A stretch of 50,447 bases of DNA, counting the filler, from Sphacelaria rigidula (lineage: Eukaryota): the NCBI GenBank assembly GCA_964200075.2. It is 3 parts of 3 records of this genome, joined end to end, with 100 filler letters (N's around TTAATTAATTAA, not from the genome) between each part and the next. Parts side by side here need not be neighbours in the genome. Positions count along the whole stretch, not along the records: positions 1 to 16,751 come from CAXNAA020001264.1; 2 more parts are not named here. One strand, written 5' to 3'. Positions within the stretch are counted from its first letter, which is position 1. The number at the start of each line of letters is the position of its first letter. The notes below the pieces were generated by a model. The model was given only the letters and a program-made list of their open reading frames with translations, did not search any database and was not told the DNA's origin. Below are positions 1 through 14,700 of this stretch, in pieces. Made by a program: the position numbers and the translations under genes.

Positions 1-806
1 CCCATCGGGGGTCCGCCTCTACAAAGCCGGGACGGAGCACGCCGGGTTCTCGCCGGACCAGGCGATAGTTTTTGAGAGGGGGGAGGAGTACCCAGCCTGC
101 TGTCCATTAGTTTATTGCCGAGGCGTTGGCGGATGCGGTCAGCTGCCATGTACAGGTATTCTTGGCATAGAGGCCGCTGAGATGACGGACACACCGCCCC
201 TCCAAGCTCATCGCCTACCATGACTACATTCATGGGATCATGTTCCGTGTCGCGTGCCTCAACTACCTACCACTAGTAGCCTAGGCAAATTTGGCGAGGC
301 GTGAGATAATGTCGCTACTTTGACTACAGGCTGTCGCTACCATGCGCTCGTGTATTGTACGTATATCTTTGTGAGCGTTGCCGGCATCCGAGGTCATCGG
401 GACAGAGCGGGCAAGGAGAAGAAGCAAATATACGAACCTCGCAAAGCCCGCCAGACTTTTCGCTTTTTGTCAGTGTTTGTTGATCAATTTCTTCCACCAA
501 TTTCAACCAAAGTTAAAGAAAACAAACAAGAAAGATCACAGGACAAATGTAAAAAATCATGACAATTTTCGAAAAATAGCCCTCCAGCAGGGGGGGGGGC
601 TCCGTGTCCTAGTTTTTTTCTCTCGACAGACTCTTCGTCTTCCCGTAACTCATTTTGTAATATACACTTGGCATCTATCTCCGTACGGTAGGTTGTGGAG
701 GGACTGGTGGACTCGTTTCAGTACCAATACGCCCAAGTATTATCATGTAAATGCTTTGTCTTGTGTCTCGTTCGAATCACGTGTTTCATGCTCATAATAA
801 AAACTG

Positions 807-1063
807 GAGCAATCCTACGGTAGGGGTGCATTTTTTGCGCGAGATCTTGTCTGGTTCAGGGGCTCCTAGCGATTCTAGATGCACAAGAATGTGGGTCAGG
901 GCATCCCCGTTTGCAAATTCATTCGGCATACCCCAAGCACAAAAGAGTAGTAATCCTGGCGTACCCTCACATATTTTCATAAGTAGTGTTTTGCGTGAGG
1001 TGAAGGGCTCCTAACAATTATAACCTCAGAAAAAAATTGTGCACCCCTACCGTAGCACCACTC
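807..1063 (+). mobile_element. MITE family A (GAG...CTC termini, 257 bp)
   Basis: TIR gagcaatcctacggtaggggtgca / tgcacccctaccgtagcaccactc; flanks actg/acta (4-bp TSD with 1 mismatch); homologous copies at 24871 and 26959. Confidence 0.88.
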
Positions 1064-1879
1064 ACTACCTGTACTGCAGTATGGTTGCGTCCTTGCATTC
1101 CTTGACAAAAACTACGCTTCCAGCGCCCCGTACACAGTTCATGGTAACCAGAGCATGTCGGTGGCGTTAATATCATGAATATCCGTTTTTGATTTAGTAC
1201 GGTATACTATTTGGTACATACAGCACGTAGCATCGGCAGTAATACCAGATCGAAAAAAACTGGTTCACCACACCTACAAGTGTAACAACGATGGACTCGC
1301 TAGCATCTCTTATGGGTGGTTTGCAATAAAGCGTGATGAAACATGAGAAGCAATACCGTGACGGGCTGCTACAGGGGAGTTCGACGCTGTAGTGCACAAG
1401 CGCGCTGGCGCGATGTCGGCAACACGGGAAAAGCACGAGCTACGAGTAGCGCGCGTGCTGCTCAGAATTCAGTGCGCTTTATTTAGTTCAATGCAAAGGG
1501 TAGTTATCCTATGGGTGTGGAGCCAACACTGCGTACCAGCCGCAGCGTGACGCGTTCGGCGGTACTACCTGCTCACTGCACAGCGGCAGGGTTCAGGATG
1601 ACGAAACACACCGCAGGACGTCACATCATTAGTCTACCCCTGCCGTGCATTGATTTCGCGTTGTCTTATGCAGTTCGCTACATCATGATTCCAGCCGCTT
1701 CTGTCTGCGGCCAACGTGTACGCAGGATATCACGCCTCGCTACTGGCTAAATTGATACGTCACATTTTTGCAGCTACAGTGTGCGTTTGCCCCAGGTGGT
1801 GCACGCAGGAGTGAAGGACCGCCTGCGCCGCTGTAATAGCTGCCTGTATCTTGGGCGAAGCTGTATGGTAACATAGCCG

Positions 1880-1948
1880 CGGCTGGTGCGCCCACATATA
1901 CCGAAATGTGGAGACCGGCGTCCAGAATAGATGGGACGACAACACACT
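1880..1948 (+). mobile_element. 5'-truncated 3' fragment of the tRNA-derived SINE
   Basis: cggctggtgcgcccacatataccg...ccagaatagatgggacgacaacacac matches the 3' end of the copies at 30937 and 48628. Confidence 0.75.
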
Positions 1949-4900
1949 GACTTTGCGCAATACACTTCCGAGAACGTGTTCGTACTGACTGTAGAAATCT
2001 TCTGTCCACGGTTGGGTACATTTTCATATACCATGCGGGGTCTGGTACATCTCGACTAATAATGTAACGGAGGGTGTGGTATATTTCCACCTGTACATGT
2101 ATGTAATATCGAGAAAAAATCTGCAACATCTGGGCGGAATGGAGATGAGGTCATCGGCGAAATATTCACCTGCAAACTCTGCTCCAGTGCACTGTAAGTT
2201 GGCATCGCTAGAAGGACACTATCATAACCACCTTGCCGGCTGCCAGACTGCCACAGACTGTCAGGACGTAGGATCCGCTGGCATTGCTACTGTCTGTACG
2301 GGGGTATTGACCCCTTGTCAGGTACGTTTTGGAGCATGAAACTAGATGAAGATCACCCTTCCTTGTACATGGGCACCAAACGCTGGGCGTTCTCACTCAA
2401 GACTTCGGTTTGGAGGATGATACTAGGTAGTCAGCGCCAGCTGCTATGTGTCTAGGTGCCCCTTGGAGCAGCATGTGTTTGGAGCCTGTTTGACGAAGTT
2501 ATCCCCCAAAATATCGAAACCGATAGGGGTTTCAGACTGGAAAAATCTAGCAAAAAAACTATCGCAAGAATCAGGTCGAAACAATCCTGTCGCAAAAACG
2601 AAGTCATAAAAAACCGCTTAGTCGAATTTTTACCTGGAGCAGAAACCAACTCCGCTTTGTGAACTTGGAGTTTCTAGTCTGATTTTCGGAACCGTACGTA
2701 TATTTTTGTGAGGGTTTTTCGCTGACGCATTTGTAGAATCTCACTGTTTGGGGCACTGTATTTTCCTATTCGTGGACGTGTGCTTTATTTTTTCTTTGTA
2801 CTGTCTTTCGGTATCATAGCTTGTTGACCACGGGCGCTAGATTTCTGGAAAACGGCTGATGATGTGATCAACAATGAAATATATTGGTTCACCAGCAGTA
2901 CACTTTGCGTAGGTCCGAATTCAAGGCAAGGGTTGTGGAAAGTGTTGGGTTGTTTGTGGATGGAGTGCACAGCAACGCAGTACACCGCCAGATCATCGGT
3001 ACGCATAAATGGGTATGTGTTTTTCGGGGATAAAGTGGCTTTTGCAGTCTGTTGCCAGATGAAAGTTTTCGTCGACGCGGCCATTGATTGATTTAATGCC
3101 TTCGAAAAAGCGGTTCAAACCAAATATGAGGTTTGACCCCGAAGCAGCGCTTCCTCCAACCCAAAATCAGTGATGATCAATGCCTCTTTGGTCGATACCA
3201 TGCCCCTCGATCGCATGGATATTTCTTTGACGGGTCTCACCTACTCTGCAAGCTAACAACGGTGAGCGAGAGCGTCATTTTTCCTTGAGTTTGAGTTGAC
3301 GGATTGGGCAGCGAAAGTCGGCAAGAACGGGGGGCGGGGGCGGACACACTCGTCCGAATATTGTGTCGAAAATATTCAAATAGGAACAGCTGGATACGGG
3401 TACAGCACAGAGCCACCAAAGCCTTGCTTCCATTTCATGTTCCAAAAAGGCAGACCGGGTCCGAAGCTACGTCCAAACGAAGTTGACGGGTTTTCATCTC
3501 TTGTACGGTGAGAGTCACGAAATTATGGCATCGCCAGTTGAGATGCACAAGTTATGTTGTGGGGGTTTGGTGCACAGCAGGAGTCCGGCAGGATCCAGCA
3601 TGGTACATGGAATACATGGTCTCTCACAACTCTTCTCCTGGCTGGGTGGGTTACAAATGAGAGTAGATCCGCCCCTCTGCCTTTGCCTGGCAGATCTGGC
3701 ACCTGGCGCAGCTCCATGGAAGTATTTCAAAAGGCTATCGCTATGGGGGGCGGCGATCACCTGTTGTCGAACCTGGTCTGGGTTCCTCCAGCTGTGGGGG
3801 AGGTGCTCTCCAGATTGAAAACATAATTGTATGAATGATGCCCGACAGAACATGCACGCGTTATGCTCGACAATTGACGCTGCTTGAAAACGACTGCATC
3901 GCTCATCTTAGCTGAGGCATTTGTATTTCATGCCTAGTTTACCGCACCATTAAACGCATAGTGTATCTCGTGATGCGCCCCTTACACGACAGCTAACTTA
4001 CAATTGGCAAACGTTGAACTGACAATTTTCATCCCCCGTCCCAACTCTAACGGATAACCAGACTACTGTCTATAGTCCCCCAACAATTGATCGAGCTCAA
4101 CGCACAATATCACTATGGGAGTGCATCGATCACAACGTTATATTGAAAATATCGAAACTGATGGATATCGACTCAGTTGCTGTATACTTAAAGGCGTTCA
4201 CAGACTGAACACAAATAAACTTGTACGCAAGCACTAACATGACAGACGGAACCAAAAATCAAAGAAGCAGTATTAATTTGTCCAATATTTTGTTTACACG
4301 ACAAAATTTCATCAAATCACCGACGAGTTGAAACACACACGCTCGACACATGAGTCCCTATGGTTCGGCGGCAAAGATGCCTCACCAGGTCACAAGAAAC
4401 GCACAAGAGCAACCGTTGTTATTCACAGAAATCCTGTCTCATGCTAGCAACCGCCTACGATATTTGGACCAAGTGCAATGGATAGCAGCAGGCGGCGATA
4501 ACAACAACATACATAATTAATGGTGATAAGCTACAGCGTACAAGTCCAACAAAAACGAACATCAAACCTCAGTCCAACGAACAATCGAGCTCTTTCCAAA
4601 CGCTATTTTGCACAACTGTAACGATCTGTGGGAGTTCACCACTGCCTTTGCTGCGTTCTCGCTGGTAAAAAATCACGGCAGTTGCAGGCTGCTGAACTAC
4701 AACAAACAACGGTGCACAAATTCGTAATCGGCTAATTCTAGAAAGGATTGATTTGCCAGAGATTTCGCAAACTATTCCGAGCGCGCCATCTCAGCTCCAT
4801 GTTACAGCATCACATTTCTACGCTCAAACTTACTCCAGCACAGGTTTGCTAGCAATAGGAGGGACTCACCACCAATATCAATACAACTCCGATCTTCTTC

Positions 4901-4957
4901 AAAATCAGATACGCAGAAACCTAAAAAACCACCCGGAACATCAGATCACTGCCACAC

Positions 4958-5638
4958 TCAATTCGACCGTGGAGAGCTACGGACATCACCGCCATCTCCG
5001 ACCCCGACCCCATTGACCTCGATCATCTTATATTCACCATCATCACTCCCCAAAGAGATTCTAGTCCCATCTGTGGATCGAGCATCGCCACCCAACACAA
5101 CCCGCACCTTTTCCTCCGCACAATCCCCGCAGTCATTTTTCAAAACTTCAGTCTTCTCATGGCGTATGACTTCGCCAGTGTTGACATCACCGATGACCGC
5201 CGCACGCCCGCTACCGCCGTCCTCTTTTTCGTTTCGTTCAAGGGTATCCTCACTCTCTACAGGAGATAAACCCACGTGGGTGACGCCAGTGTCCGCGTGC
5301 GTGCTACCCGTCTCCACGTCGTGGTCGTCCTCACCACCGATCATGTTGGAGTCAGCAGATGTCCCCAAGAAGTAAAGCGCACTAGTTTTGTGCTCGTCAG
5401 GAGTAGTACCTGGAACACTGCCCGTTCGCGGCAGTGTGAGGAAAGAGTGCCCACGGTTCAGCTGGTCGGCTTCGTTGAGGGCGTTTACGGCATTTTGGGC
5501 AATGTCGGACTGTTTGAGGGTGATGGACGTGCGCGGGCCTTCTCCGCCGGAGTCATCCTCGGAATCGCTCGAAGTATCGGCGGGGACGCCGAACGGCCAG
5601 TGCGCCGGGAGTAGTCGAGCCACGTTGGGCGGCACCGC
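4958..5638 (-). CDS. Lipase terminal exon, acidic low-complexity tail
   Basis: ORF 4958-5635; cccag acceptor in phase with the upstream exon; ends in TGA. Confidence 0.8.
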   Translation of the reverse strand, partial: AVPPNVARLLPAHWPFGVPADTSSDSEDDSGGEGPRTSITLKQSDIAQNAVNALNEADQLNRGHSFLTLPRTGSVPGTTPDEHKTSALYFLGTSADSNMIGGEDDHDVETGSTHADTGVTHVGLSPVESEDTLERNEKEDGGSGRAAVIGDVNTGEVIRHEKTEVLKNDCGDCAEEKVRVVLGGDARSTDGTRISLGSDDGEYKMIEVNGVGVGDGGDVRSSPRSN

Positions 5639-5738
5639 CTGGGAAGGTTATGTTTGGCAATGTGGGCGGATAGTCGCGAGAGGATCAGAAAACAACGACA
5701 ATGACGGCGACGACGCGATTGAAACAAGATTAAAAACA

Positions 5739-5799
<61 letters not shown>

Positions 5800-8700
5800 T
5801 AACAACAACGGTAAAAAACGGTAATGAAATTTTGTACCTGTAGCAGGTTACCCCGGAGGCCCGCCTGGTACGCCTCGATAAGATGCGATAGCACGTAGCG
5901 CTTAGAACGAACAAAGAACCGCTTCTCCACGAAGCTGGGGTCGATGATCAAGTGCCCTCTTCCCCGGCCATCTATCAAAACCTTCGTTCCCACATGGGTG
6001 TACCACCAGCTGGGTACGCCCTGTTTCAGAGTACGCAGAGCAGCGACAAGGAAGGGATGAGGATCAGCAACAGGTTGACGCGCCACGGGGACGCCGTAAC
6101 AACGGGGGTCCACGCTTTCCCGTCGTTGACAATTGTTGCGATCCAAGCGAGGTGACTCCCCCGCATTCATTTTACAGCACAGGCCTGTTACGCGGTGAAT
6201 ACACACTGCATGCACATATTTTGGATCGTACAACTACCCAGCTCCAACCACGGCCCTAACCAGCAGACGCTTCTTCTTTGAAACACCAACTCACCGGCAC
6301 GGGGTCTCCGTCAACCACGACCCTGAAGCTCTGCGGCACGACCTCGTTGTACCTGTCCGAATAAATACGATTGCCAACGCGCGGCGCGCCGAACGAGTAC
6401 ATGTACAGGTCCACCGTGCCCCGCGGGCGATCCTCTTCCTCCCCTTCCTCCCCCTCCTCCAAATCCTCCATCTCCTCATCATCAGCCCCCTCCCCGCCAC
6501 CCCACTTCCGTACCCTCGAAACCGCCGGGCTCATGAGATTCCTGGGGTCAAGCGCGCTAGCCACGGTGTTGAGGCGCAGTGCGACTTTTCGCAGAACTGT
6601 CTCCGCGGCGCTGTTCTCCTGCCGTGATGACCCAGGCAAATCGGACGAGTGGGGGCCTTGCAGATGTGCTAATAGCTTACCAGCCGCGCTGAGACTGCCC
6701 CTCCCAGCATGAGCACCGGCACTGCCACTGTCCTGCCGTTTCTGTCGGCCGCGTGCTTCTGATCTCAACTCACTCGACTCGCTACCCCGTTTCCCATGTG
6801 ATTCCAAGCGGTTTGTGTCTTCCGACATATCTGGTGGCGGCGGTGGCTGCAGCGGCGGGCCATGCCTACCTTCTCTTTCCCTTTCTCTTTCCCTTTCCCT
6901 TTCTCTTTCTCGCGAGCGGCGTTGCTGATGGTGCTGCTGAAGGCGCGAAGACTTTAGAGACCGCATGAGCCTCTGCAGGATGGTGCGACGCGCGTGAACG
7001 AAGTTGCCCAGGCGAGCCTTGATCTTATCGATCGTGTGGAGCTTTGCGAACGAGCGAAGTTGGGAAGGGGGGCGGCGGGGGGGGGGGTTATTAGGGTGTG
7101 CGATGGCAAGGCAAGGCAAACATGTGCGGGCAAACCAGTACTGCAGGTGTAGAATGCCACTACTGACTGCTGACGCCAAACAATGGGTGCACAATAACAT
7201 GGGCACATCAAGGGAGTACACTTTCAGTGGTATGCCGACAGCATCAAGTCGGTTTCGGTCGAACCGTGGCAGAGTACGCGCTCCAAGGTGTGTCATGTGC
7301 ATGGATGGGGCTATCAAGAAGTGCACTACGAAACGAAAGGCAACCCGAGGCGTCGCACTCGACTGCTCTCAAGCGCACCCGCTCGTCACCCGAAGTACGA
7401 AGCAATCTCGCGTAAATTATACGTGAAACAAAGGGTAATCCCAGCCTGCCGCCCCGCCTCTAGATCAATCTCCCGGGTCAATCAAAACTGCTATCTCTTT
7501 ACCGCCAACTACCTTGAGATCCATCGCGCAATGCGTACCAAGGGCGCCACCCATGGAGTGCCCGGTCACGTATATCTTTATATCTCGAGGGTGGTCCTCG
7601 CTCAAGAGCCAATCGACCATGGCCTTGCGAACGGCCGCATGCACTTCTCCTCGAACGGCCTGAGCAGTCACAGAAGCAAGCAACCAGTGGTGAAAAATGC
7701 GCGAGGATCAAGATTGCTGGGCGATGTCTGCGAAAATAATAAAAGTGCTGCTACAACTCGGTACTTCCGGCGACGACCGAGCGATGGCCAAAAGAACCAC
7801 GCACCCGCCGCGAGGGAGAGTGGTCTCATCTACAAACGGATCAGCGGTTTTACTGACACCAGGATACCGCCGCGCCCCTACGGTTCAACGGTACAACTGA
7901 TCCATCTACGACGGGAAAAGCGCGGGTTCGGTCCCCGCGAGATGCGTCTGGGTTTCGCCTTTTTTTCCCACAAGCATCTGACTTCCGTCGTTGAAAACAC
8001 CATGACGGTAGTGGCAAAAACAGTCTGCTCGGCTGAGTCTGGCCGACAACAGTCGACGCCGGTGCTGCAGTGGTGATCATGATCCAACCCACGACACCAA
8101 CATGTAAAGCAGGAAACGGGGAGGGAGATGGGTTGATCCCTTGAGGCCACGGATTCGGCAAAAAAAAGGGCAGGAGTGAGAAGAGGTGAGACCACCAAAA
8201 CGCAAATTAGTGCGCTGTTCGTATATGGAATAGGGCATGAGACGGAAAACCACGTGACCCGCCAGCCTGGGAGCATGTACCACAATCGACCGAGATGAGA
8301 ATGCTTACGCCGCTTCAGCAGCCCGATTCTTGCCGATCACGAACCGCGAAGATGCAACGTGCTTACTATACTAGAATTTACCCGTACCCCCTACAAACGA
8401 TACGAATAGTCTTTTTTACCTGTTCCATCACTCATCACGCGCGTTCACACTGACGCTCATAACTCACCGCATAAGAATACCAAAAGCCAGTGTGCACCTG
8501 CCCCCACAAATACTGCCTCAGCACAGGGATGCGATTGATACCAATCACGTGGGCAGCGTTATCGGCCGCCTCAAGCCCCCTCCTTGCGGCCTTGCTCGTC
8601 CACTCCAACCCCGCTTCCGTCCCTCGAACCAGCCCATCTTTCCCCCGCTCTAGTCCTCTGCCCAGCCCCATGACCGCGGCGGCCGCCTTTTCCCGGAAAA

Positions 8701-11700
8701 TGGTGTGATGAGTCGTGAAAAGAAGAAAAAAAAAAACGGTACATGAGCCAAGTGAAAACGCGGATTGTAGCGGGAATTATTCTTATAGCTGAGCTGCAAA
8801 GTTGATAGTTTCACAGTGGTGTTTGCTGTGAACTTGGGATTTCAAAAGGTCGTTGCTACAAGGAAAAATAAAACAAAAAGAGATGCGGTGATACCATGGG
8901 TGCTCATTTGTCGTGATTCTACTCGATAGTGGTGAAAAGAGAAGAACAAGTTGTGTATTTCCGTGCCACAACATCCCGCGCGGTGGAAAAACTCGCTGCA
9001 CCTGCTCGCGCGCTCCAACGGAAGCCACGGAAGCCTCGCGATCCCGGTGCGCCTTTCCCCCGAAGCGCCGCCTCCCATTACGTGTTTGGGATCCGTATAG
9101 CCAAGCGTTGTCGAAAGACGCGGACCTTCGCCGCACCTCCGGTTTCCACTCCCGGCAACTCTGCGATATCTGCAGTCCATCATTCTCGCGAGAAGGCCCA
9201 GCTCCCCCCGCCCACCGATTGCTACCGCTGAATCCGGCGGCGGTCATTGAATGGCTGCGATATCGGAGTCGAGGGCTACCCGTACCTGTTTGGCGGGTTT
9301 TTTATGAGAGAGAGAGAGGTGCGAGAGGTGTGTGCGTAAGCGTAGCTTCGTAGATTCACAACGTAGCGTTCGCAGGGACTACTCGACGAACATAGTCTTT
9401 CGGCGCAACTTGCGGACGATCTTAAGTAGCAAGACAGTTGAGAGCGGTCAACACAACAGCAAAATAATCGTGTACAGTATCGCATCGTACCTCGGGAATG
9501 CGTGTGCTCCGCGTGTACGCAAAATTAACACTTCACCTGATACCCTCGAAGTGAACCTGCCGCCCGATAGACGCCCTCTGTGGGCCGCGGGGTCACCGAC
9601 GGGGCCCGGTCGACCTAAAGCGCCCAACCCTTCGGAACGCACCCTGTCTCCAGCTCCCACAGGAGCATTTTCCGACATCTCCTCTTCCTTCACGTCCCCG
9701 GCACAAGCACAGGGATCACTGGCACGACTGCGCTCTTTGGTCAGACCGCCATGCTGCTGTTGTTGCTGCTGCTTACGGGAAGCAAAGCTCGCCATCTTGT
9801 TGCCGTGCCGATCCAACTGTAACTGCCAAGGCAGCAACGAGAATCCCTTCAAGATCGCGCGTATCCCGGAAGGCGATATTGGAAAGTCCGATCCCTCCTC
9901 CTCCACCACCCCGCAGCCCGAGCTTCCACCAATGATTTCTCCGCCGATGCCACCACGGGCACCGCTGCCACCGCCGTCGGGTGCCTTCTCATGTGCTCGC
10001 CGCCCCTCGCTACCGCCAAACCTCACGCCAGTCCTCGCGCCAGCTGTTGGGTGTGGCTCACCCGATGCTCCAGCGGATGACACCCCTCCCGTCTCACCCG
10101 GTCCGACAGCTGCAACGCCCGTCTTCTGCTGCTGCGCATTCCCAGCAGCAGTGAGCCCTGCGAAGTAAGGCTCGGTCACACTGGCAGAGGTCACTGTAGC
10201 ACCAGGCAGTGAGTCCGCTCCACCTCCTCCGTCACGATGGTCGACGCTGGTCGTCGCCGAGGTCTTCACTGTCAGAGATGAAGCGCTGCTGCGGCCGCCA
10301 GCGCCGCCGCCAGCGCCGCCGCTCATGCTGTCGCTCGCGCAGTTTCCCGACACGGTCGAACCAGCGACTGTGTCGGTGCTGTCCAGTGGAGTGCCCACCA
10401 ATGGAGGGGAAAGGGTTGGGGAGTTCTCGTGGCGTTTGACGGTGGCTAATTCCGGGGGAAGGGTAGGAACCTCACTCTCTGCTGGAGGCTTCGGGGGCTC
10501 TTTCTGAAAATGGAGTTGGCAGAGAGAAGGTGAATGCGAGCAGGGTTGAAGGGGAGGGCGGGGAGGAAGGCATGAATACCTCACCTGGAAAACCATAAGC
10601 CCCGAGGCTGAGGCGTAATTTGAGACAGTGCGGTGCATGACGACAGGGTGCAAACGCCGTGTACACGTGTGGGGACAAGGAGCAAGCAAGCTCCAACACG
10701 TCGACAGCGTCACGGTCGCGTACATGATGCGGGTCTTGTCTTCACTAGGATATTCACCGATCCAGACCCAGAGAATCTGGAAAAGAGAAATTCAGGCACG
10801 GGCACTATCATACGAGTACCGTCAAAGGGTGTAGCTAGATATCAGTGCCCGTGTGCCCACCGGTTTGTTCGCCGAAGCAAGATTGGCCACCACGTCCCGC
10901 AGCTTCTCCGCGGCCGTTATGTCAACGTCTTCCGCCAGCACCGCTGGCATTTCGTTCTCTTTCCCCTTCGGTATCATCTTGTCCATGTTGAATTCCGACT
11001 GCAGGAATCTGTTCATTTTCACAGCGTTTCGAGAAATCGTCTTGGCGGGGATGCACACATGCGTTGTCGCCGTCCTCGTTGGTGCCGACGATGCTCGTGA
11101 AAACGACCAGTGTTCTTGGCGGGGGTGATATCCCTCGTGCCGTTCGTCGCCTGAAGTGTTATCTACTCCCACATGGGGTGACTAGGTAAATATTGGCCAC
11201 GTTCGTAATTCTTACATAGTGCGTGGATGCGACCACCTTCACAGCACCGAGTATTTTTCCCCACAGCCTCAGTTCCGCTCTTGATGATAGCCGTATTTCG
11301 ATCTTCGGGGGGTATCGTTCGAGATGTTACAGGGATAAACGGTATCGCAGAGCGAGGTTGTTTTGGCCACCATCCACAAAGCGATTGAACCCACCGACGG
11401 TTTCTGCCGTAAACGATCAATGCGGGGACTATGTACGTCTGTGTGATCCACGAGTGCTCGCTCGCATCAGTGTATATGCATTGATCGATCTACTGTGACT
11501 ATGGGAACACACTGCACACGGACAGGCCGCACAAACACAAAATTGTTTCTCGAGGTTTCCCAGGAGCGGCCGAACAAACACTGTACCGTGGAAATTCCTT
11601 CCAATTTTCTACGAGGCCTGGGGTAGCTCAGCATTCTCCGCGTTTCCATCAACACCTAGGACAGATCGTCATCATACACAGGTACGGCTCCAAGGAGAGG

Positions 11701-14700
11701 GCGTGACTGAAGCCCAACAACTGCAAGTACCATAGGTCGGGTCAGTCTGTTACCTGAGGTTATCCATCCAGTGCTTCGTTCCGACCGAGCCGCGGAAGGC
11801 AACAACCAGTCGCTGGTGCATGCCGTAATCCAGGCCGTACGTGACAGGAACGCGTGTGCAGTGGGATACGATTGTTGTTGTTGGGGCAGGAAGGGTTGTT
11901 TGCGGTAGGGTAGTGTGAAGACGGAGTGGAGGCGTCCGCGGTAGCACAAGCAGTGGTACTGCCATGTGAAAACGAAGGTGGAAATATTGAAAAAAAATCA
12001 TCAATGTGGGAAAAGGGACGGCGATGGTGTCGGAATAACTTCGAGTCGGGCAGGAGGGGAAGCACAACATCTTACACTCGATCTAACGGGCATGCGGGGG
12101 ACATGGGAAACACGAATGGAATTTCAGAAAGAAAGAAAAAAAAAGTGATAACGTGTGCAACTCATGCTGATGGCGGATACTCTGATCTCCGTCATGGGTA
12201 ATCTGGTGGTTTTCGTCAAATACATTCTCTCGATTGAAGATGGCGTAAACACACGCATAAATGTACCCGCTAGGGGGGGGAGGAAATCGTCCACCGCAAC
12301 AAACGCACACCAAAGACACTTAGGGCTGTAACTCATGAGAGTAGGGAGGCGAGTGCACTACGCCAAGTTGAAACGGGGTTTTTGGTGGGTACAACCTCCA
12401 CACTGCCCTGAGCAAAGCTCTCCGAACGCCCGAGGCGCCTACTCCACATGACTGCTGCGAGACGGTCTAACCGAACCTCCGGGTAATCGGCGTGCCAACC
12501 CGCTTGCGGGGTAAAGGCTGGATGAGGTTTCCTCCTTCCTTCAAGATAAATAAATAAAAATAAAAACAAGCACCTATTGACGTACCGCGCGAGGCTCATC
12601 CTTAAGGATGAAGCAGTGCGTGTCGTGCTCCGCGTTGAAGATGTGCTCCAACAGCTCGAACCCGACCCGGCTGAAATCAGAAAGTCCGAAGTGATATTTG
12701 TTCGGGTTCTCGAACCCCGGAGGATCGTTATACGTCTCCCACGCCAGCTCCAAGAGCCTGGCCGTGTGTCGTATTTTCGATCCGCCGTGTTGGATGTTGT
12801 TGGTTCAGACGGAATCGGAACGGAGTCAAGGAGGGAAGGCGGGTCAGCAGGAGTAGCAAGGAATCGATGGCATAGTGAACTCTTTCCGGACCGGACTCCC
12901 AGAGACATGGGTTTTGCACGCAGGGGCCTTTTGTAAATCGGCATAGTTTTTACTTTGAAAACGAATGAAAACGATGCCGATTCACAAAAAGGGCCCTGCG
13001 TGTAAAACCCATGTTTCTGGGAATTCGGTTCCGAAAGGGTTTTAAAGACACGCATGTTTGCCGTAAGAACTACAGCACAACTTGGAACAAGCTCATGCTC
13101 TGGAACGATTGCATCACTATCTCAATGTCACATCACATGGAGAACAGCACAAAGGCTTCCTCCAACCAAACAGAAACAGACTTCACAATCTCCAAAGCAA
13201 ATTACTGTAGAAAAAAAGCAGGTGACGGCGCGCGCGGGGGGGGGGCACTCGCACCACCGAAGCGGCAAGCTAACGCGGAAAAAACACATGAAACGTAAAC
13301 GTAAACGTAAACGTAAACGTACAAGCAACACAAGGGTACTCCTCCACCCCGTCCCCAATCCGCCCCGTTGCCCTTCCCTCAGGCTATCCTCCCCCTCCCG
13401 TGACCTGCTGTACGTCATCTCAAGCTCACCAAGCAGCCGTTTCAACGCAAAAGATGGGCTTCTCGGTGTCCTCGCTGTCGCCATGCCCCATTTTCGATGA
13501 GGCATCGCCCGCGCACGAGTGCATACTGCTATCCATTGGTACAATCCGTGCTCCTGACGGGTTTTCGTCGCTGCCGCTGTCGTCTTGTGACTTAGCGAGG
13601 GGAACTTGCGCTTCGAAGTACACAAAGCGTACCTAGGGGGGGTACACACGAGGAATGGGGGGTTCAAGGAGTGGGGGAGGACGGTTGGAATCGCATGAAA
13701 ACGCGATGTGATGTGGGCTGTGTCTGCGAAATTTTCTTCGCTCATCGTGGAGCACAAATGGCCTGGACGATTCGTGGAATACGGCGGCCATATCATCCGT
13801 GCGAGGACACATCGCGTCGTGCACCCAGACGGGGTCGGCCGTGTCAGTGTTTTGACCCGCATAAATTTAACCCGCAGTGTATTGTCACACAAAAATATCG
13901 ATGGTCAGCCGAGAATGGCCCAAACTCATCATCAACAAGAACTCGTGTGCAGTCAGTGTGAATGAACTACTCAAAAACGGAATTTCAAGACTCGCAAAAT
14001 TTTCAAGGGTGTTTTGGGGTAGGGTAAGTGCCCCGGGTATTCACTCTCTCTGATTTTATGTTGCGATGGTCCGATCTCCAAACTCTGCCCAAACACATTG
14101 GGTAATGTTAGGTACGATTTTCAGATAGGGGTACCCAATATCTGGTCACTGTTGATAACGATCTCAATACTCTACTCAAGCTTTGGGTATACTTGAGAGT
14201 ACGATTCTTCAAATACTCGAATGCACGGAATACCCAACCCACAAACACACCCTTGTAACCTCCGACGCCAAGCCATCACTGCCGCCACTAACGACTTAGT
14301 CCCGTAATGTCTACACACGACGAGCCCTGGTGACATGTACTACAATATAATACACACCGCCAGAGATGCGCCTGCCCCTCGAAAATGCACTGTCTACAGC
14401 TCAGGCCTGGAAGATAACATCCCAACCTCACCGCGATGTCCCTGAAAAACGTGGACTCTTGAAGGGAGGCCGGAAGGTACAAGACCAGCAGCTGCAGCGT
14501 GTACGCGCTCAAAACTGACACCGTCCCCAGATGGTTCTGTGTGAAAGAGTTAAGTAGTGGGGATAAGAGCCCGGGGTTGGCGGCACAAGGCGAGAGTAAT
14601 CGTGTTCCAAATACGGAGTTGCCGGGGGCTGCTGAAATAGTCAGAAACTACTACCTTACAGCAATGCAACCGCCGAATGTTTTGCATCGTTCTCAAGAGT

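Noticed and set aside
1..300. Possible coding fragment at the window start
   Set aside because: It has in-frame stops, no identifiable motif and insufficient context.
5388..5914. Poly-Ala, poly-Leu and poly-Cys ORFs
   Set aside because: They are translations of an intronic (GCA)n repeat and antisense frames of lipase exons.
7288..10168. Long plus-strand ORFs (7288-8076, 9332-10168)
   Set aside because: They are antisense shadows of GC-rich lipase exons with no recognisable domain.
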